Below are positions 1-10,852 of a stretch of DNA of 41,513 bases, in pieces (within the stretch, counting starts at the first letter, position 1; the number at the start of each line of letters is the position of its first letter). Location of the stretch: contig JBBSVU010000013.1 of NCBI GenBank assembly GCA_038046645.1, positions 1 through 41,513 of the forward strand. Reading direction: 5' to 3'. Both the position numbers and the translations under genes were made by a program. A model generated the notes under the pieces. That model searched no databases. It was given only the letters and a program-made list of their open reading frames with translations, and was not told the DNA's origin. This DNA comes from an archaeon. Its GTDB lineage: Archaea; Iainarchaeota; Iainarchaeia; Iainarchaeales; 0-14-0-20-34-12.

Positions 1-2
1 CA

Positions 3-1013
3 GCAGGAAAAGTAAAGTTATCTTCATTAGACACAGACCTTAACTTAGCCTATGCAAGATTAAATGCAAACAACGTATTCACTGGTGATTTAAATATATC
101 TGGAACAAAAAATGTTACACTTGATGGCGGTAAAGTAAATACCTTTGATTTAAATGTCTCAGGAACATTGAATGTACAATCATTAGTCTTATCCAGTGGC
201 AATAGCACATTCACAGTAACAGGTCAGACAAACACAACCGATTTGAATGTACAGAACAATCTGGTTGTTAAAGGAGTCTTAGGAGGAAACACAAGCGGTG
301 TAATCCTAGTAAATGATACAAACGCACTTACCTTAGAAGGCGGAAGAATAAACGCTGTTGACTTAAATATCTCAGATAAAATATTTGCTGTCAACTCAGC
401 ATTATCAGCCGTTACTCTTAGTGATGATTTCAACGCAGCAGGAACTATTTCAGGTTTGGATTTGAATGCATTTAGAAGTATATTAATCGGAACAGGAGCT
501 TCAGTAGGGCCAGTAACACTAACATACAACCAGCTAGTATCCAACAGTGGAGCAGTAACTCTTAATGATGACCTTAATGTAGCAGGAACTATCTCAGCTT
601 GGGACCTGAATGCATCACGAGACCTTAACGCTCTAGGTAATCTATATGTTACAGGAGCAGCTTCAAAAATATTATTTGGTAATGCTACCAATGCAACAAT
701 GGTTAATGCAGGAGACATTAACACATCAGGAACACTTTATATGTATGGAAATTTCGGGAGAATAATTATGGGAAACCCAACTACTACAGCAGGCCCTGCA
801 GATTTAGTTACCACTGGAAGTATTGTTACTGGATGGGACCTTAATATTCTGAATGATGTGGCACAGGGTGCAGCAGATGACAACAGGCAATTATGGATTG
901 ATGGAAACATACAGATAAAAACGAAAGCAGGTTCCTGGCTTACCTGTAATGTTGTTGGTGCAGCTGTGGGTGTAGGTGTAGTAGCCCCTAATATAACTTG
1001 TACTGGAATTTAA
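3..1013 (+). CDS. 5'-truncated D-x-N repeat fibre/adhesin-like protein (C-terminal part); paralog of 18724..21402
   Basis: Frame is open from the window edge (AGKVKLSSLDTDLNLAYARLNANNVFTGDLNISG...) into track ORF 168..1013. Has repeated DLN/DFN motifs and shares SAVTLSDDFNAAGTISGLDLNAFR and NDDLNVAGTISAWDLNASR with 18724..21402. Confidence 0.8.
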   Translation, partial: AGKVKLSSLDTDLNLAYARLNANNVFTGDLNISGTKNVTLDGGKVNTFDLNVSGTLNVQSLVLSSGNSTFTVTGQTNTTDLNVQNNLVVKGVLGGNTSGVILVNDTNALTLEGGRINAVDLNISDKIFAVNSALSAVTLSDDFNAAGTISGLDLNAFRSILIGTGASVGPVTLTYNQLVSNSGAVTLNDDLNVAGTISAWDLNASRDLNALGNLYVTGAASKILFGNATNATMVNAGDINTSGTLYMYGNFGRIIMGNPTTTAGPADLVTTGSIVTGWDLNILNDVAQGAADDNRQLWIDGNIQIKTKAGSWLTCNVVGAAVGVGVVAPNITCTGI

Positions 1014-1016
1014 TTG

Positions 1017-1052
1017 AAAAGAAAGGCTTGTCCTTTCTTTTTTATTTTTTTT
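1017..1052 (+). terminator. hairpin plus T-tract downstream of fibre gene 1
   Basis: aaaagaaagg-cttgt-cctttctttt (10-bp stem, 1017-1041) followed by a T-rich run, 3 nt after the stop. Confidence 0.55.
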
Positions 1053-1125
1053 AATTTGAAAAATTAGATAATTAACTAATTCAATTCTAATTTTTTATTT
1101 TGCTCCTAATTACGTAATTGCATAA

Positions 1126-1160
1126 TTAAAAAAATAAAATTAGTGCAGGAATTATCCTGC
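1126..1160 (-). terminator. hairpin plus T-tract downstream of EF-2
   Basis: gcagga-atta-tcctgc at 1145-1160, followed on the minus strand by actaattttattttttt. Confidence 0.45.
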
Positions 1161-1181
1161 TGAAATTAATTATTATTTTAT

Positions 1182-3374
1182 TTACTCTAAGAAATAAGAA
1201 GCAGGCTTTATTTCTTCTGGCAACCCATTCCTTTTCCTTACTTCTGCAATTGTCAGCTTTAATAATTCCCTGGGCAAAGGAGAATATCCGAAGAATTCTG
1301 CTGTCCATATTGCCCTTCCTTGGGTAGCAGACCTTATTGCAGAACTGAACCCAATAAGCTCTTTTACCGGAGCTATGGCAATTATGATTGTTGAATCCCC
1401 TTCAGTAGTCATCTCACCTATCTGTGTTCTTCTCTGACCTAATTCTTTTGTTACCGAACCCATATAATCCTGCGGTATGTTTATGAACAGTTTTTGTTTT
1501 GGTTCAAGCAGAATTGGGTCAGCAGATAAAATGCAAGCATATAATGTTCTTGACATAGTTGGCAATACTTGGGCTGGGCCTCTATGAATCGCATCTTCGT
1601 GCAGTTTAGCATCAATTAATCTCACTACTATTCCATGGCATTTCTCTTTTGTCAATGGGCCTTCCTTCATTGCATCATCAAATCCCTGGCATACCAATTC
1701 TCGGATTTCATGCAATGCCTGTATTCCCTTAGTGTTATCAAACATAATACAATTATTGCTCACATACCATGCTTTTTTAGCATCATCCCTTTCAAAACCC
1801 ATTTCCAATAATTTGGTTTTAACATTATCATCATCCTTTTTCAATTTGCCCTTCAATCCTGATTCCTTTAATTTTTCACACATTTCTTCAGACATTGGTT
1901 CAACCATTATCTTGAAAAGATTGTGCTTGTTAGGGCTTTTTCCTGTTAATTCAGGGCTTTTCTTTGTAATTGTTTCATTATAAACAACAATTGGGTTTCC
2001 AACATTTATCTTAACCCCATGATCTACTTCAATCCTGTACTTTGTTACATCTAAATGCAATTCTCCCATCCCGCTGATTAAATGCTCTCCTGTTTCTTGA
2101 TTAATTGCAGCAATAATATTAGGGTCTTCTTTAGTTATCTGCCTTAATACTTCAATTAATTTAGGCAATTCCTGCGGTTTCTGCGCTTCAATTGAAATAG
2201 TCATTACTGGTTCAACAGAACTTTTGAAACTTTCAAATGGCTGTATATCACTTGTTGCGATTGTTTCACCAGCATAAATATCTTTTACACCTGTTAAAAA
2301 TGCAATATTCCCTGCAAATACCTTATCCATCGGAATCCTGTCAGGTCCCATGTAAACTCCGACTTGTTGAATAAGTATTTCTTTTTTTCCACCAATTAAT
2401 CTTGCTTTATCTCCGCGCTGCATGCTTCCTGAATATATCCTTCCAGTAGCAATCTCCCCTGCATGCGGGTCAACCTGAACATCAGTAACCATCATTGCCA
2501 AATCTTTTGATTGGTCACAAGTCATCATTCCCTTAGCCACCTCACTCTCCAAATCACCTTTCCATATTTCAGGAGTTCTGTACTTTTGAGCTACTAATGG
2601 ATTTGGCAAATGTTTAACTATCATTTCAAGTACTGCTTTATGCAAAGGGCTTTTAGTAGATAGTTCTTTTTGATTGCCTTCTTTGCAGAATTTGTAAACA
2701 TCTGAAAATGTAACACCGGTTTGTTTCATTTGTGGAACAGAAATAGCCCATTTATACAATGCAGAGCCAAATACAACGCTTCCTTCCTCTATCTTAGGAA
2801 TCCATGAATCACCGAATTTAGCAGGGCAATTTTTTTGGATAAGCAAATTTACTTTTGCTATTGTTTTGATAAATCGTTCCTGCATTTCTTTCTCAGAAAC
2901 CTTTAATTCATTAATTAATCGGTCAACTTTATTTACAAAGAGAACAGGCCTACAGTTTTCCCTTAATGCCTGCCTTATCACTGTTTCTGTTTGCGGCATT
3001 ACGCCTTCAACCGCATCAACAACAATTATCACGCCGTCAACAGCCCTCATTGCCCTTATTACATCTCCACCAAAGTCAACATGGCCAGGGGTATCAATAA
3101 GGTTTATGAGGTAATCTTCATCGCCATAATTGTAAACAACAGAAACGTTTGCAGCATTAATTGTTATGCCTCTTTCCTGTTCCAATTCATAATAATCCAT
3201 GAAAAGCTGCTTTCCTGCCAAATCTGGTGAGATTAAGCCGCCTGCAGCAACAATTGTGTCACTTAAAGTAGATTTACCATGGTCAATATGGGCAACAATA
3301 CCTATATTTCGGATATTCTTTCTGTTTTCCATCATCTGCTGTGCTAATTTAGCAGCATCTTCCTTCTTAACCAT
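1182..3374 (-). CDS. fusA: archaeal translation elongation factor EF-2
   Basis: AHIDHGKST, ERGITI, DTPGHVDF, NKVD GTPase motifs; GMGELHL; diphthamide loop LHEDAIHRG; follows S7. Confidence 0.98.
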   Translation of the reverse strand: MVKKEDAAKLAQQMMENRKNIRNIGIVAHIDHGKSTLSDTIVAAGGLISPDLAGKQLFMDYYELEQERGITINAANVSVVYNYGDEDYLINLIDTPGHVDFGGDVIRAMRAVDGVIIVVDAVEGVMPQTETVIRQALRENCRPVLFVNKVDRLINELKVSEKEMQERFIKTIAKVNLLIQKNCPAKFGDSWIPKIEEGSVVFGSALYKWAISVPQMKQTGVTFSDVYKFCKEGNQKELSTKSPLHKAVLEMIVKHLPNPLVAQKYRTPEIWKGDLESEVAKGMMTCDQSKDLAMMVTDVQVDPHAGEIATGRIYSGSMQRGDKARLIGGKKEILIQQVGVYMGPDRIPMDKVFAGNIAFLTGVKDIYAGETIATSDIQPFESFKSSVEPVMTISIEAQKPQELPKLIEVLRQITKEDPNIIAAINQETGEHLISGMGELHLDVTKYRIEVDHGVKINVGNPIVVYNETITKKSPELTGKSPNKHNLFKIMVEPMSEEMCEKLKESGLKGKLKKDDDNVKTKLLEMGFERDDAKKAWYVSNNCIMFDNTKGIQALHEIRELVCQGFDDAMKEGPLTKEKCHGIVVRLIDAKLHEDAIHRGPAQVLPTMSRTLYACILSADPILLEPKQKLFINIPQDYMGSVTKELGQRRTQIGEMTTEGDSTIIIAIAPVKELIGFSSAIRSATQGRAIWTAEFFGYSPLPRELLKLTIAEVRKRNGLPEEIKPASYFLE

Positions 3375-3426
3375 AAAATTCCCCTATCAAATAAAATACA
3401 TTTTTGATAAAACTTTCCCAAACGTT

Positions 3427-4029
3427 TTATCTTGAGCTCTTTGCAATCCTTTCAACTTCATCCCTTCTTTTAATGGCTAAACTTTTGTTATCCTCACCCG
3501 CAGCCAATATTAATTCGTCTGCAAGTGCTGCTTCTGCTGAAACATTCCTGTTGAAAGAATTTATAAAAGCAGCCAGTGCCATATTTTTCAATGAATCATC
3601 AAGCCTTTTTATCGGGGCAACGTCAACACTTTGTGAATAAGCGACCCCGCCTCTCTTAAATCTAGTCGTGTCTTCCCTTGGAGAAGCATGTTCCAATGCA
3701 TTGACAAATACCTGAATAGGGTTTTTCTTGGTTCTTGCTTCAACAAGGTCGAATGCACCCTCAACAATCCTCATTGCCTGCAATTTCTTGCCGCAACTTC
3801 CTCTTCCCCTGATATATTTTCCGCTCAACATTTTTTTCCCTTGGCCTGACCTCATTATTTTGTTCACAAGGCGCTCTACTGCACCTTTTCTTGCTTTCCC
3901 ATATTTCTTGTTTGAATCACGCCCAAAGGTGTGGGGAATTATCTTCCCTTCCAAGTTCATGTATTTTGCAAGGCCAATATCCTTGACAACAATTCCTGAA
4001 GTATCCCATTTATTGAAAATTTTTTCCAT
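3427..4029 (-). CDS. rps7: 30S ribosomal protein S7 (uS7)
   Basis: VERLVNKIM, NPIQVFVNAL, PREDTTR, VDVAP, RDEVERIAKSSR; between S12 and EF-2. Confidence 0.97.
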   Translation of the reverse strand: MEKIFNKWDTSGIVVKDIGLAKYMNLEGKIIPHTFGRDSNKKYGKARKGAVERLVNKIMRSGQGKKMLSGKYIRGRGSCGKKLQAMRIVEGAFDLVEARTKKNPIQVFVNALEHASPREDTTRFKRGGVAYSQSVDVAPIKRLDDSLKNMALAAFINSFNRNVSAEAALADELILAAGEDNKSLAIKRRDEVERIAKSSR

Positions 4030-4034
4030 ATTAA

Positions 4035-4460
4035 TTACCTTTTAACCTTTTCAGATCTTCCTGTCCTTATCATTTCTAGTGCTTGGTTATTTACGTGCGT
4101 TACCCTATATTTCACGCCCCAAAGATCACCTTTAGGCCCTCTTTGGCCGCCGCCAATACTCTCAACGATAACTTCATCATGCTCATCAATATGCTTTATT
4201 GCACCGTCATAAGGCGCTAATGCTGTTAATTGCCTTCCATTTTTAATCAGCTGTATCCTTACACATTTTCTCATGCCTGAGTTAGGCTGTTTTGCCTCTA
4301 CCCCTCTTTTTTCAAGCACTATGCCTCGGCCTTGGGGTGCCCCTTCTAATAAATCATAAGTCTTTGCGGTTTTTCTTACCCTTGCCTTAAACTTATATTT
4401 TTTCCATCTCCATTTTTTTCTCTTTTTTTCAAGAGATTTTGCTGCAAATTCTCCAGGCAT
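4035..4460 (-). CDS. rps12: 30S ribosomal protein S12 (uS12, archaeal type)
   Basis: GAPQGRGIVLEK, EAKQPNS, RKCVRIQLIKNG, IDEHDEV; operon position. Confidence 0.97.
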   Translation of the reverse strand: MPGEFAAKSLEKKRKKWRWKKYKFKARVRKTAKTYDLLEGAPQGRGIVLEKRGVEAKQPNSGMRKCVRIQLIKNGRQLTALAPYDGAIKHIDEHDEVIVESIGGGQRGPKGDLWGVKYRVTHVNNQALEMIRTGRSEKVKR

Positions 4461-4462
4461 TG

Positions 4463-4861
4463 TTATTTCACCCTTATATCTTTAATATCATAGTTCCTTG
4501 ACACAATCTGCTTTATGAGCTTAAATTTAGCAATATCATTAAGAAGCTTTCTCTTTGACATAGAATCAAGCTTTAAATGGGCCAAACCATTGTTTATACC
4601 AATTTCATTGATTGTTATATCTAATCCTTCCTCTAAAAATTTTTTAATACTTTCGTAATAGGGCAGCAATACAACCTTTTTGTTTATTTTAGTGCTAAAT
4701 CCCTTTACCGTAATCCCATTCTTCCCTATTGCTTTCCCTATGTCCGGGGAATCAATAATATAGATTACGCTTGCTTTTTGAATTATGCAGTCTCTGGGAT
4801 AAACCCCGGAAAACTTGTCAAATTCATTAATATAAAATATTTCATCCATTGCTATTTTCAT
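4463..4861 (-). CDS. nusA: archaeal NusA-like KH-domain transcription factor
   Basis: GKAIGKNG KH motif; canonical position between L30e and S12. Confidence 0.85.
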   Translation of the reverse strand: MKIAMDEIFYINEFDKFSGVYPRDCIIQKASVIYIIDSPDIGKAIGKNGITVKGFSTKINKKVVLLPYYESIKKFLEEGLDITINEIGINNGLAHLKLDSMSKRKLLNDIAKFKLIKQIVSRNYDIKDIRVK

Positions 4862-4877
4862 TGTTTCACTTGTTTGT

Positions 4878-5180
4878 TTATGTAATAAGTTGATTTAACT
4901 TGCTTTTTCCCATGTTCTTAATTACCATTACTGAAATGCCAAATGGTTTGCCGCATACTGTTCCAAGCTCCATGGATGTTCCTTCAAATTCATAATAAGG
5001 CATCTTTGCTAGCCCTGATAAATATTTTACTTCTTCCTTTTCCTCATTCTTCATGTTTTTGGAGGTTATGGCTAATTCCCCATCATCATTCATTATGGCT
5101 CTTTTGCAGACCTTTTCTCCGCATACTGCCTTGCCGGTATCAACTGCTCTCCTGATTTCCTTCTTGACATCGATTTTCAT
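4878..5180 (-). CDS. rpl30e: 50S ribosomal protein L30e
   Basis: IRRAVDTGK, GTSMELGTVCGKPF; ATG at 5180 preceded by SD-like GGTGA (track start 5189 is GTG). Confidence 0.95.
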   Translation of the reverse strand: MKIDVKKEIRRAVDTGKAVCGEKVCKRAIMNDDGELAITSKNMKNEEKEEVKYLSGLAKMPYYEFEGTSMELGTVCGKPFGISVMVIKNMGKSKLNQLIT

Positions 5181-5208
5181 GTTATTCACCTATGTAAGCA
5201 TTATCCCC

Positions 5209-6408
5209 TTATTCTTTCATTATCAATTTAACTGTGCCTGTGCCAATCTTTATTGGCTGGCCTACAATAATATTCTCAACAACCCCTAATAATAATTCTT
5301 TTTCTCCCTTGAATGCCGCATCAAGCAAATGGTTTGCCGTTTCTTCAAATGCTGCTTTTGCGAATGGAGATTCCTTTGCCCTCATTATCCCTGTCCTTAC
5401 TGTTCCTGCTATTTCTCCGCTAAATGAAATTAAATCCGCAATAAGCATGATGTGCCTTATATCTACGGCAATATTGTTCTCTTTTAATGTATTGTGCAAT
5501 TCATTTGCAATGCAATATCTCGCAGCTTCAATCCCCAAAACCTTTGCAATTTCTGCAATGTCATTTGTTGTAGTGTTCTTTATGTCAATTTCTTCCATCC
5601 TTAGTACTGCTTTAAGGTTTGTTCCCCTTGTTTTTATTAAAAATTCTCCAGTATTTTTATCCTCTATGACAATTGTTTTTTCTATCCCTGCTATTCCGCT
5701 TATTCTTTTATTCATTAGTTTTAACAAAAATTTCCTTACATCCCTTAATTTGGAATTTTTGGCAAAGCTTATTTGTAAAGTATTTCCCCTTTTTGCAACA
5801 TCTCCCTTTTCAACATTATCCTTTACCTTGCCAAGCATCTCTTCAGGGTCTAAGCCTTTCTCCTTCATCCTTTCTTCCCTTAATGTAAGAACAATCATCT
5901 TCTTGTCAAAGTCCTCTTCTGCTGTAACAACATCATCTACCCTTATGTCAATCAGGTTTTTCGCAAGAGCCTCTGCTTTTTTCCTGTCGTTCTTCAAAGC
6001 ATCAATTAATTTAATTGTCATTACAGGGTATTTTGCCCTTGTCCTTCCATCAACAATCTCCTCTACTCTCTGTATGCCTGAGCCAACAGATACCTCTGCC
6101 GCCCCTGCATAGTGCTTTGTCCTTAATGTCAATTGCGTTCCTGGCTCTCCCAATGATTGGGCAGCAACCATTCCCACAGCCTCACCTGCATTTACTACAT
6201 TCTTAAAATATTGCTTATTAAGTATCTCAATTAATTCTAATTTTTCTTTATCGTTTAATTTTTGTTTTTCTGCCAAATTTTCAGCTTTCTCAATTATCGG
6301 CTTAGGCAATTCTAATTTAGGGAATTCAGCAACAGATTCTTCCTTAGACATCTCTTCAATTACTTCTTCATCATCTTCTTTATTTTCACTTTTTTTTACC
6401 TTTGGCAT
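5209..6408 (-). CDS. rpoA2: DNA-directed RNA polymerase subunit A'' (Rpo1C)
   Basis: [61 protein letters not shown]. Confidence 0.97.
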   Translation of the reverse strand: MPKVKKSENKEDDEEVIEEMSKEESVAEFPKLELPKPIIEKAENLAEKQKLNDKEKLELIEILNKQYFKNVVNAGEAVGMVAAQSLGEPGTQLTLRTKHYAGAAEVSVGSGIQRVEEIVDGRTRAKYPVMTIKLIDALKNDRKKAEALAKNLIDIRVDDVVTAEEDFDKKMIVLTLREERMKEKGLDPEEMLGKVKDNVEKGDVAKRGNTLQISFAKNSKLRDVRKFLLKLMNKRISGIAGIEKTIVIEDKNTGEFLIKTRGTNLKAVLRMEEIDIKNTTTNDIAEIAKVLGIEAARYCIANELHNTLKENNIAVDIRHIMLIADLISFSGEIAGTVRTGIMRAKESPFAKAAFEETANHLLDAAFKGEKELLLGVVENIIVGQPIKIGTGTVKLIMKE

Positions 6409-9025
6409 CCTTGCTCACCCCTTCCTTGTTTTTTAGCAAATATAATGCGCGGTGCATATCTACTGCTTGCCCTTTGAAGCTGTACATAGGGAATACCCCA
6501 TCTTCTGAGTATAAATATTGTATAATCCTTCCGCCGCCGCTTCTTACTGTAAGGTCATTTCTTGCTGAAAGATCCTTCAGTGAATTTGCCAGTCTCCTGT
6601 ATAAATATCCTGATACTTTAGTGCTTACACCAGTGTCAACCTCACCTTGCCGCCCACCCATTGAATGGAAGAAATATTCCTTAACATCCATCCCGTCAAT
6701 GAAGTTTGAGTTGATAAAGCCACCAGCAATAGGCCCTAAATCATTTTTCTTGTTCAATGCAATAGCTCTTCCTGCAAATCCTCTTGTAGGCCTTCCTTCC
6801 CTGACAGCTGCCTGTCCCCAAAATCCGCTGATGTTCATTAAATTAATGCTTGAACCCCTTGACCCTGACACAATCATGATTGTTGTATTCAATTCAGGCT
6901 TGTCTTTAAGTATGTCCTTTATTTTTTCCTTCAATAAATGTTTTTCAATAGTGTCCTTTACTTTGAAACCAAGTTGCATCATCTTTATCTCGAAACTTTC
7001 CTTCCTTGTCCTTCCTGGGATTAATTCTAATGTTTTTTTCTTGAATTCATCTACAAGTTTTTCCCCTTCCCTTAATTCTTCTTTCTCTACCTTTTCAATC
7101 TCCTTGAGGATTGCATCAGGGGTTTCATATTCGTCTAAACTAGCAGTAATTCCTTTTCTTGTAATTACCTTTGTAATTATCCTGTTTATTTTGTAATAGA
7201 ATTGTTCCAGAACTTCAGGAGGATAATATCTAGCTAACATATCAATCAATTTACCTTTGCCTTCTCCCAATGATGCTGAGTCAATTACCCCTTTTACTAA
7301 AACACCATTTTCAATCTTTACGCAATAAGGGCATTTTTCTCCCTGGCATTTGTAATTAGGGTCTGCTTTCTCAAAGATATCGCAGGTTTTTGACCTGTAT
7401 TCCATATTCAAATCCTTTGGCAATAATAATGAAAATATTAATTTTCCACTATATTTGTTGCCTTTGTCTGTTTTTGGAATATCTTCAATCCCTAAATCAT
7501 AGAAAAATTCATATGCTATGCTTCTATCGAACTCAGAACTGTCCAATGTTAAAAGATATGTGCCAGATATGCCATCTTCATCCAATATAATAAGTGGAGC
7601 ACCATATCTCGGGCTTAAGGTTTGGTTTTGCGCAAACATCAATTCAAGTGCTTCAGTTTTCCCTTCTTCTGTCTGCGGAATGTGTAGGTTCATTTCATCC
7701 CCATCAAAGTCAGCGTTATAAGGTTTACATACAGCCGGATTTAATTTCAATGTTTTATCTTTGGTAATTTTTACCTTATGGGCCATCATTGATGCCCTGT
7801 GCAAGGAGGGCTGCCTGTTGAATAATGCTATATCACCATCAATTAACCTTCTCTCAATTTTATAGCCTGGAGTTATTTCATCAGTTATTTCCTTTTTATT
7901 TTCTTCAGAGAATATCTTCCTTTTTTCATCAGGCCTTATTACATATAAAACATCATTGCTGTCCTTTACCATTTTCTTTATCCTGTCAATATTCCATTCA
8001 GTTACTGCTTCCTGCACAGTCAATTCATCCGCAATTTCTTTTGGAACTCCTACCTGATTAATTGACAAATAAGGATCAGGGCTAATTGTAGACCTTGCAG
8101 CAAAGTTTACTCTTTTTCCTGTTAAATTATACCTGAATCTTCCTTTCTTTCCCTTTAACCTCTGCACTAATGATCTCAAAGGCCTTCCAGACCTGTGTTT
8201 AGATGGAGGAATGCCTGCCATCTGATTATCATAATAAGTAGTGACATGGTACTGCAGTAAATCCCACAAGTCTTCAATAATTAATTGCGGGGCCCCGGCT
8301 TCAATATTCTCCTTTAACCTCATATTAATTCTTACAATATCGACCAATTTATGGGTTAAATCATCCTCTGATTTTATTCCTGTTTCCAAGGTAATTGAAG
8401 GCCTTATTGTAATCGGCGGAACAGGCATTACAGTTAATACGAACCATTCTGGCCTAACATTTTCAGCGTTATATCCGAATAATTCCAAATCATTGTTTGG
8501 GACCTTTTCGAGCCAAGACCTTAAATCATGCGGATAAATTCTTTCCTTATCAAGATAATAATTTGTTGGCCTATCCACCTTTAATTCAGGTATTTTTGCA
8601 GCACAATGCGGGCATTTTCTTACCTTCATTGTTCTTAATTTAATTAGCCTAGTTAAATCATCTGTTTCCATCTTTCTGTCTTTTAATACTTTTATTTTGT
8701 CTTCAGGCAGTAAAATCCTGCCGCATTCTTTACAAGTGCATAGCAATAAAACTTCAACCCTTTTTGAATACTTAGCATGCAATACAGGCCTTACCAATTC
8801 AAACGCACCAAAATGGCCAGGGCAATGTTTCATTGTTTGCCCGCAGGTTTTACATCTTAAACCAGGGTTAATTACTCCTAAATGTGAATCCATCAATCCT
8901 TCTTCTAACGGATAACCGTCCTTATCATAAGTATCAGCTGTTTTAATTTCTATTGCACTCATCTTCCTGATTAAATCAGGGTTTAAGACACGAAATTCAA
9001 TATAGCTGATTTTCTTTTGCATCAT
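6386..9025 (-). CDS. rpoA1: DNA-directed RNA polymerase subunit A' (Rpo1N)
   Basis: CKTC..CPGHFG Zn site, [18 protein letters not shown], catalytic [19 protein letters not shown]. Confidence 0.98.
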   Translation of the reverse strand: MMQKKISYIEFRVLNPDLIRKMSAIEIKTADTYDKDGYPLEEGLMDSHLGVINPGLRCKTCGQTMKHCPGHFGAFELVRPVLHAKYSKRVEVLLLCTCKECGRILLPEDKIKVLKDRKMETDDLTRLIKLRTMKVRKCPHCAAKIPELKVDRPTNYYLDKERIYPHDLRSWLEKVPNNDLELFGYNAENVRPEWFVLTVMPVPPITIRPSITLETGIKSEDDLTHKLVDIVRINMRLKENIEAGAPQLIIEDLWDLLQYHVTTYYDNQMAGIPPSKHRSGRPLRSLVQRLKGKKGRFRYNLTGKRVNFAARSTISPDPYLSINQVGVPKEIADELTVQEAVTEWNIDRIKKMVKDSNDVLYVIRPDEKRKIFSEENKKEITDEITPGYKIERRLIDGDIALFNRQPSLHRASMMAHKVKITKDKTLKLNPAVCKPYNADFDGDEMNLHIPQTEEGKTEALELMFAQNQTLSPRYGAPLIILDEDGISGTYLLTLDSSEFDRSIAYEFFYDLGIEDIPKTDKGNKYSGKLIFSLLLPKDLNMEYRSKTCDIFEKADPNYKCQGEKCPYCVKIENGVLVKGVIDSASLGEGKGKLIDMLARYYPPEVLEQFYYKINRIITKVITRKGITASLDEYETPDAILKEIEKVEKEELREGEKLVDEFKKKTLELIPGRTRKESFEIKMMQLGFKVKDTIEKHLLKEKIKDILKDKPELNTTIMIVSGSRGSSINLMNISGFWGQAAVREGRPTRGFAGRAIALNKKNDLGPIAGGFINSNFIDGMDVKEYFFHSMGGRQGEVDTGVSTKVSGYLYRRLANSLKDLSARNDLTVRSGGGRIIQYLYSEDGVFPMYSFKGQAVDMHRALYLLKNKEGVSKDAKGKKK

Positions 9026-9029
9026 ATTC

Positions 9030-10847
9030 CTACACCTTATCTGCCAAGTGCAACTTAGGATAAATTCCCAAAGCCTTTAATTCATCAAGCATTAATTTAA
9101 AGCCATAACTCATTTCAACAGGATATACCTTTGCGCCACCGCACACAGGGCAATATTTCCTGCTTCTTATCCTGTCATTTATCGCAATTAACCCGCATCT
9201 TTCACAAACTAATTCAGATACTTTATCCGAGCTTTCAATATATTTTTCATAAAGCAGCATGCTTGCCCCGTGCCCGACTAAGGTTTCACCTTCCATTTCA
9301 CCAAACCTTAAGCCTCCTTCCTTTTCTTTTCCTTCTGTTGGCTGCCTTGTAAGTATCTGTACTGGCCCGCGAGCTCTTGCCTGCATTTTATGCCTTACCA
9401 TGTGATATAATCTGTGGTATGCTACAACCCCGACAAAAATATCCCCTTCAATTCTTTCCCCTGAAATTCCATCATAGAATGTTTCTCTTCCATCGCTTCT
9501 TAATCCACTTTCAGCAAGCATTTTCATTAAATCTGTCCTTTTTGTTTCCTCAAATGGCGTAGCATCAATGCATTCTGCTTCTATTGCCGCGGCTTTTCCT
9601 GCAAGCATTTCCAATAAATGCCCAATTGTCATTCTGCTTGGAATTGAATGCGGATTCAAAATTAAATCAGGTTTAATTCCATCAGCAGTAAATGGCATAT
9701 CTTCTTCTGGCACAATTGCCCCGACAATACCCTTCTGTCCATGCCTTGACGAGAATTTATCCCCGACTTCAGGAATCCTTTCACTTCTTATTGTAACCTT
9801 TGCTAATAAATTGCCATCAGAATCTTCAGTAACTATAACCTTGTCAACATATCCGCCTTTTTCTTTTCTTACATTCAAAGATGCATCAGTTCTTTTTTCC
9901 TTTACAACACCAAATTCCGATACTTCTTCCAAAAATCTTGGCGGGCTTGTTTTTCCAACAATTACATCCTTTTCATCAACCTTTGCTTCTATCTCTGCTA
10001 ACCCGTCTTCCCCTACGCCTTTATAATATTTCTCCCCTAAGTAGCCGACTGTTTCTGCGTCAGGTATTTCAAATTTATCCTTCTGGCCTCCAGGGTATCT
10101 TTTTTGTATGGAATCATAAGTCCTTAAATAAGCAGTTCTTCCTAGTGCCCTTTCAACAGCACCTTTGTTTATTATTACTGCATCAAGCATGTTGAATCCG
10201 TAATAAGGCATTATTGCGACAACAAAATTTTGTGTCTGCGGCCTTTTATCCAATTTGACAACATCCATTGTTTTTGTCCTTACTATGCTTTTTTGCGGAT
10301 AGTACAGCAAAAAGCCTTCAGTGTCTGTCCTGTAACAATAATTTGCCGCAGTCAAGCCTGCTGATTGCTTAAACATTTTTGCCCCGTGCAATGCCTTTCC
10401 GCTCATATCATGCGGCAAATATGGAATCATGCTTGTAATTACACTAAAGATTCCTACAGGGCTTATTTCCATGTGAGTATGCTCTTTTGTCAATTCCTCT
10501 TCATCCTTTGCAATATATGCATTCTCTTCCTCTTCTGCATCTAAATATTCTATAATCCCTTGAGTTACCAAATCATCCCAGGTTAATTCCCCTTTCTTTA
10601 CTTTGTTCAGAAGTTCTTCGGTTAAAGCAGCCTTTCCATTCTCCACAATAATTAATGGCCTTTGTACCCTTCCACCGTCAGTATTAATGTAGATTTCATT
10701 TGTATTTTCATCATAGGAAACATTTATTTGTGAGTCAATCTTGCTTGTCCTTCTCGCATTCTTTAATTCTTTTATTAAATTCTGCGGATTTTGGTGAAAT
10801 CCAACAAGCCTTCCATTTATGTAAATCTTAGCTTTTTCTTTGCTCAT
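9030..10847 (-). CDS. rpoB1: DNA-directed RNA polymerase subunit B' (Rpo2C)
   Basis: GDKFSSRHGQKG, PDLILNPH, PSRMTIG, RQPTEG, GGLRFGEME, C-terminal CxxC..CxxC. Confidence 0.97.
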   Translation of the reverse strand: MSKEKAKIYINGRLVGFHQNPQNLIKELKNARRTSKIDSQINVSYDENTNEIYINTDGGRVQRPLIIVENGKAALTEELLNKVKKGELTWDDLVTQGIIEYLDAEEEENAYIAKDEEELTKEHTHMEISPVGIFSVITSMIPYLPHDMSGKALHGAKMFKQSAGLTAANYCYRTDTEGFLLYYPQKSIVRTKTMDVVKLDKRPQTQNFVVAIMPYYGFNMLDAVIINKGAVERALGRTAYLRTYDSIQKRYPGGQKDKFEIPDAETVGYLGEKYYKGVGEDGLAEIEAKVDEKDVIVGKTSPPRFLEEVSEFGVVKEKRTDASLNVRKEKGGYVDKVIVTEDSDGNLLAKVTIRSERIPEVGDKFSSRHGQKGIVGAIVPEEDMPFTADGIKPDLILNPHSIPSRMTIGHLLEMLAGKAAAIEAECIDATPFEETKRTDLMKMLAESGLRSDGRETFYDGISGERIEGDIFVGVVAYHRLYHMVRHKMQARARGPVQILTRQPTEGKEKEGGLRFGEMEGETLVGHGASMLLYEKYIESSDKVSELVCERCGLIAINDRIRSRKYCPVCGGAKVYPVEMSYGFKLMLDELKALGIYPKLHLADKV

Positions 10848-10852
10848 GCAAC

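Noticed and set aside
1570..1610. Non-canonical EF-2 lacking the diphthamide site
   Set aside because: The HRG motif is intact (LHEDAIHRGPAQ).
5234..7196. Long antisense ORFs 5234..6112 and 6402..7196 (likewise 25454..26299 and other short track ORFs)
   Set aside because: Shadows of well-supported genes on the opposite strand or another frame, with no recognisable motifs.
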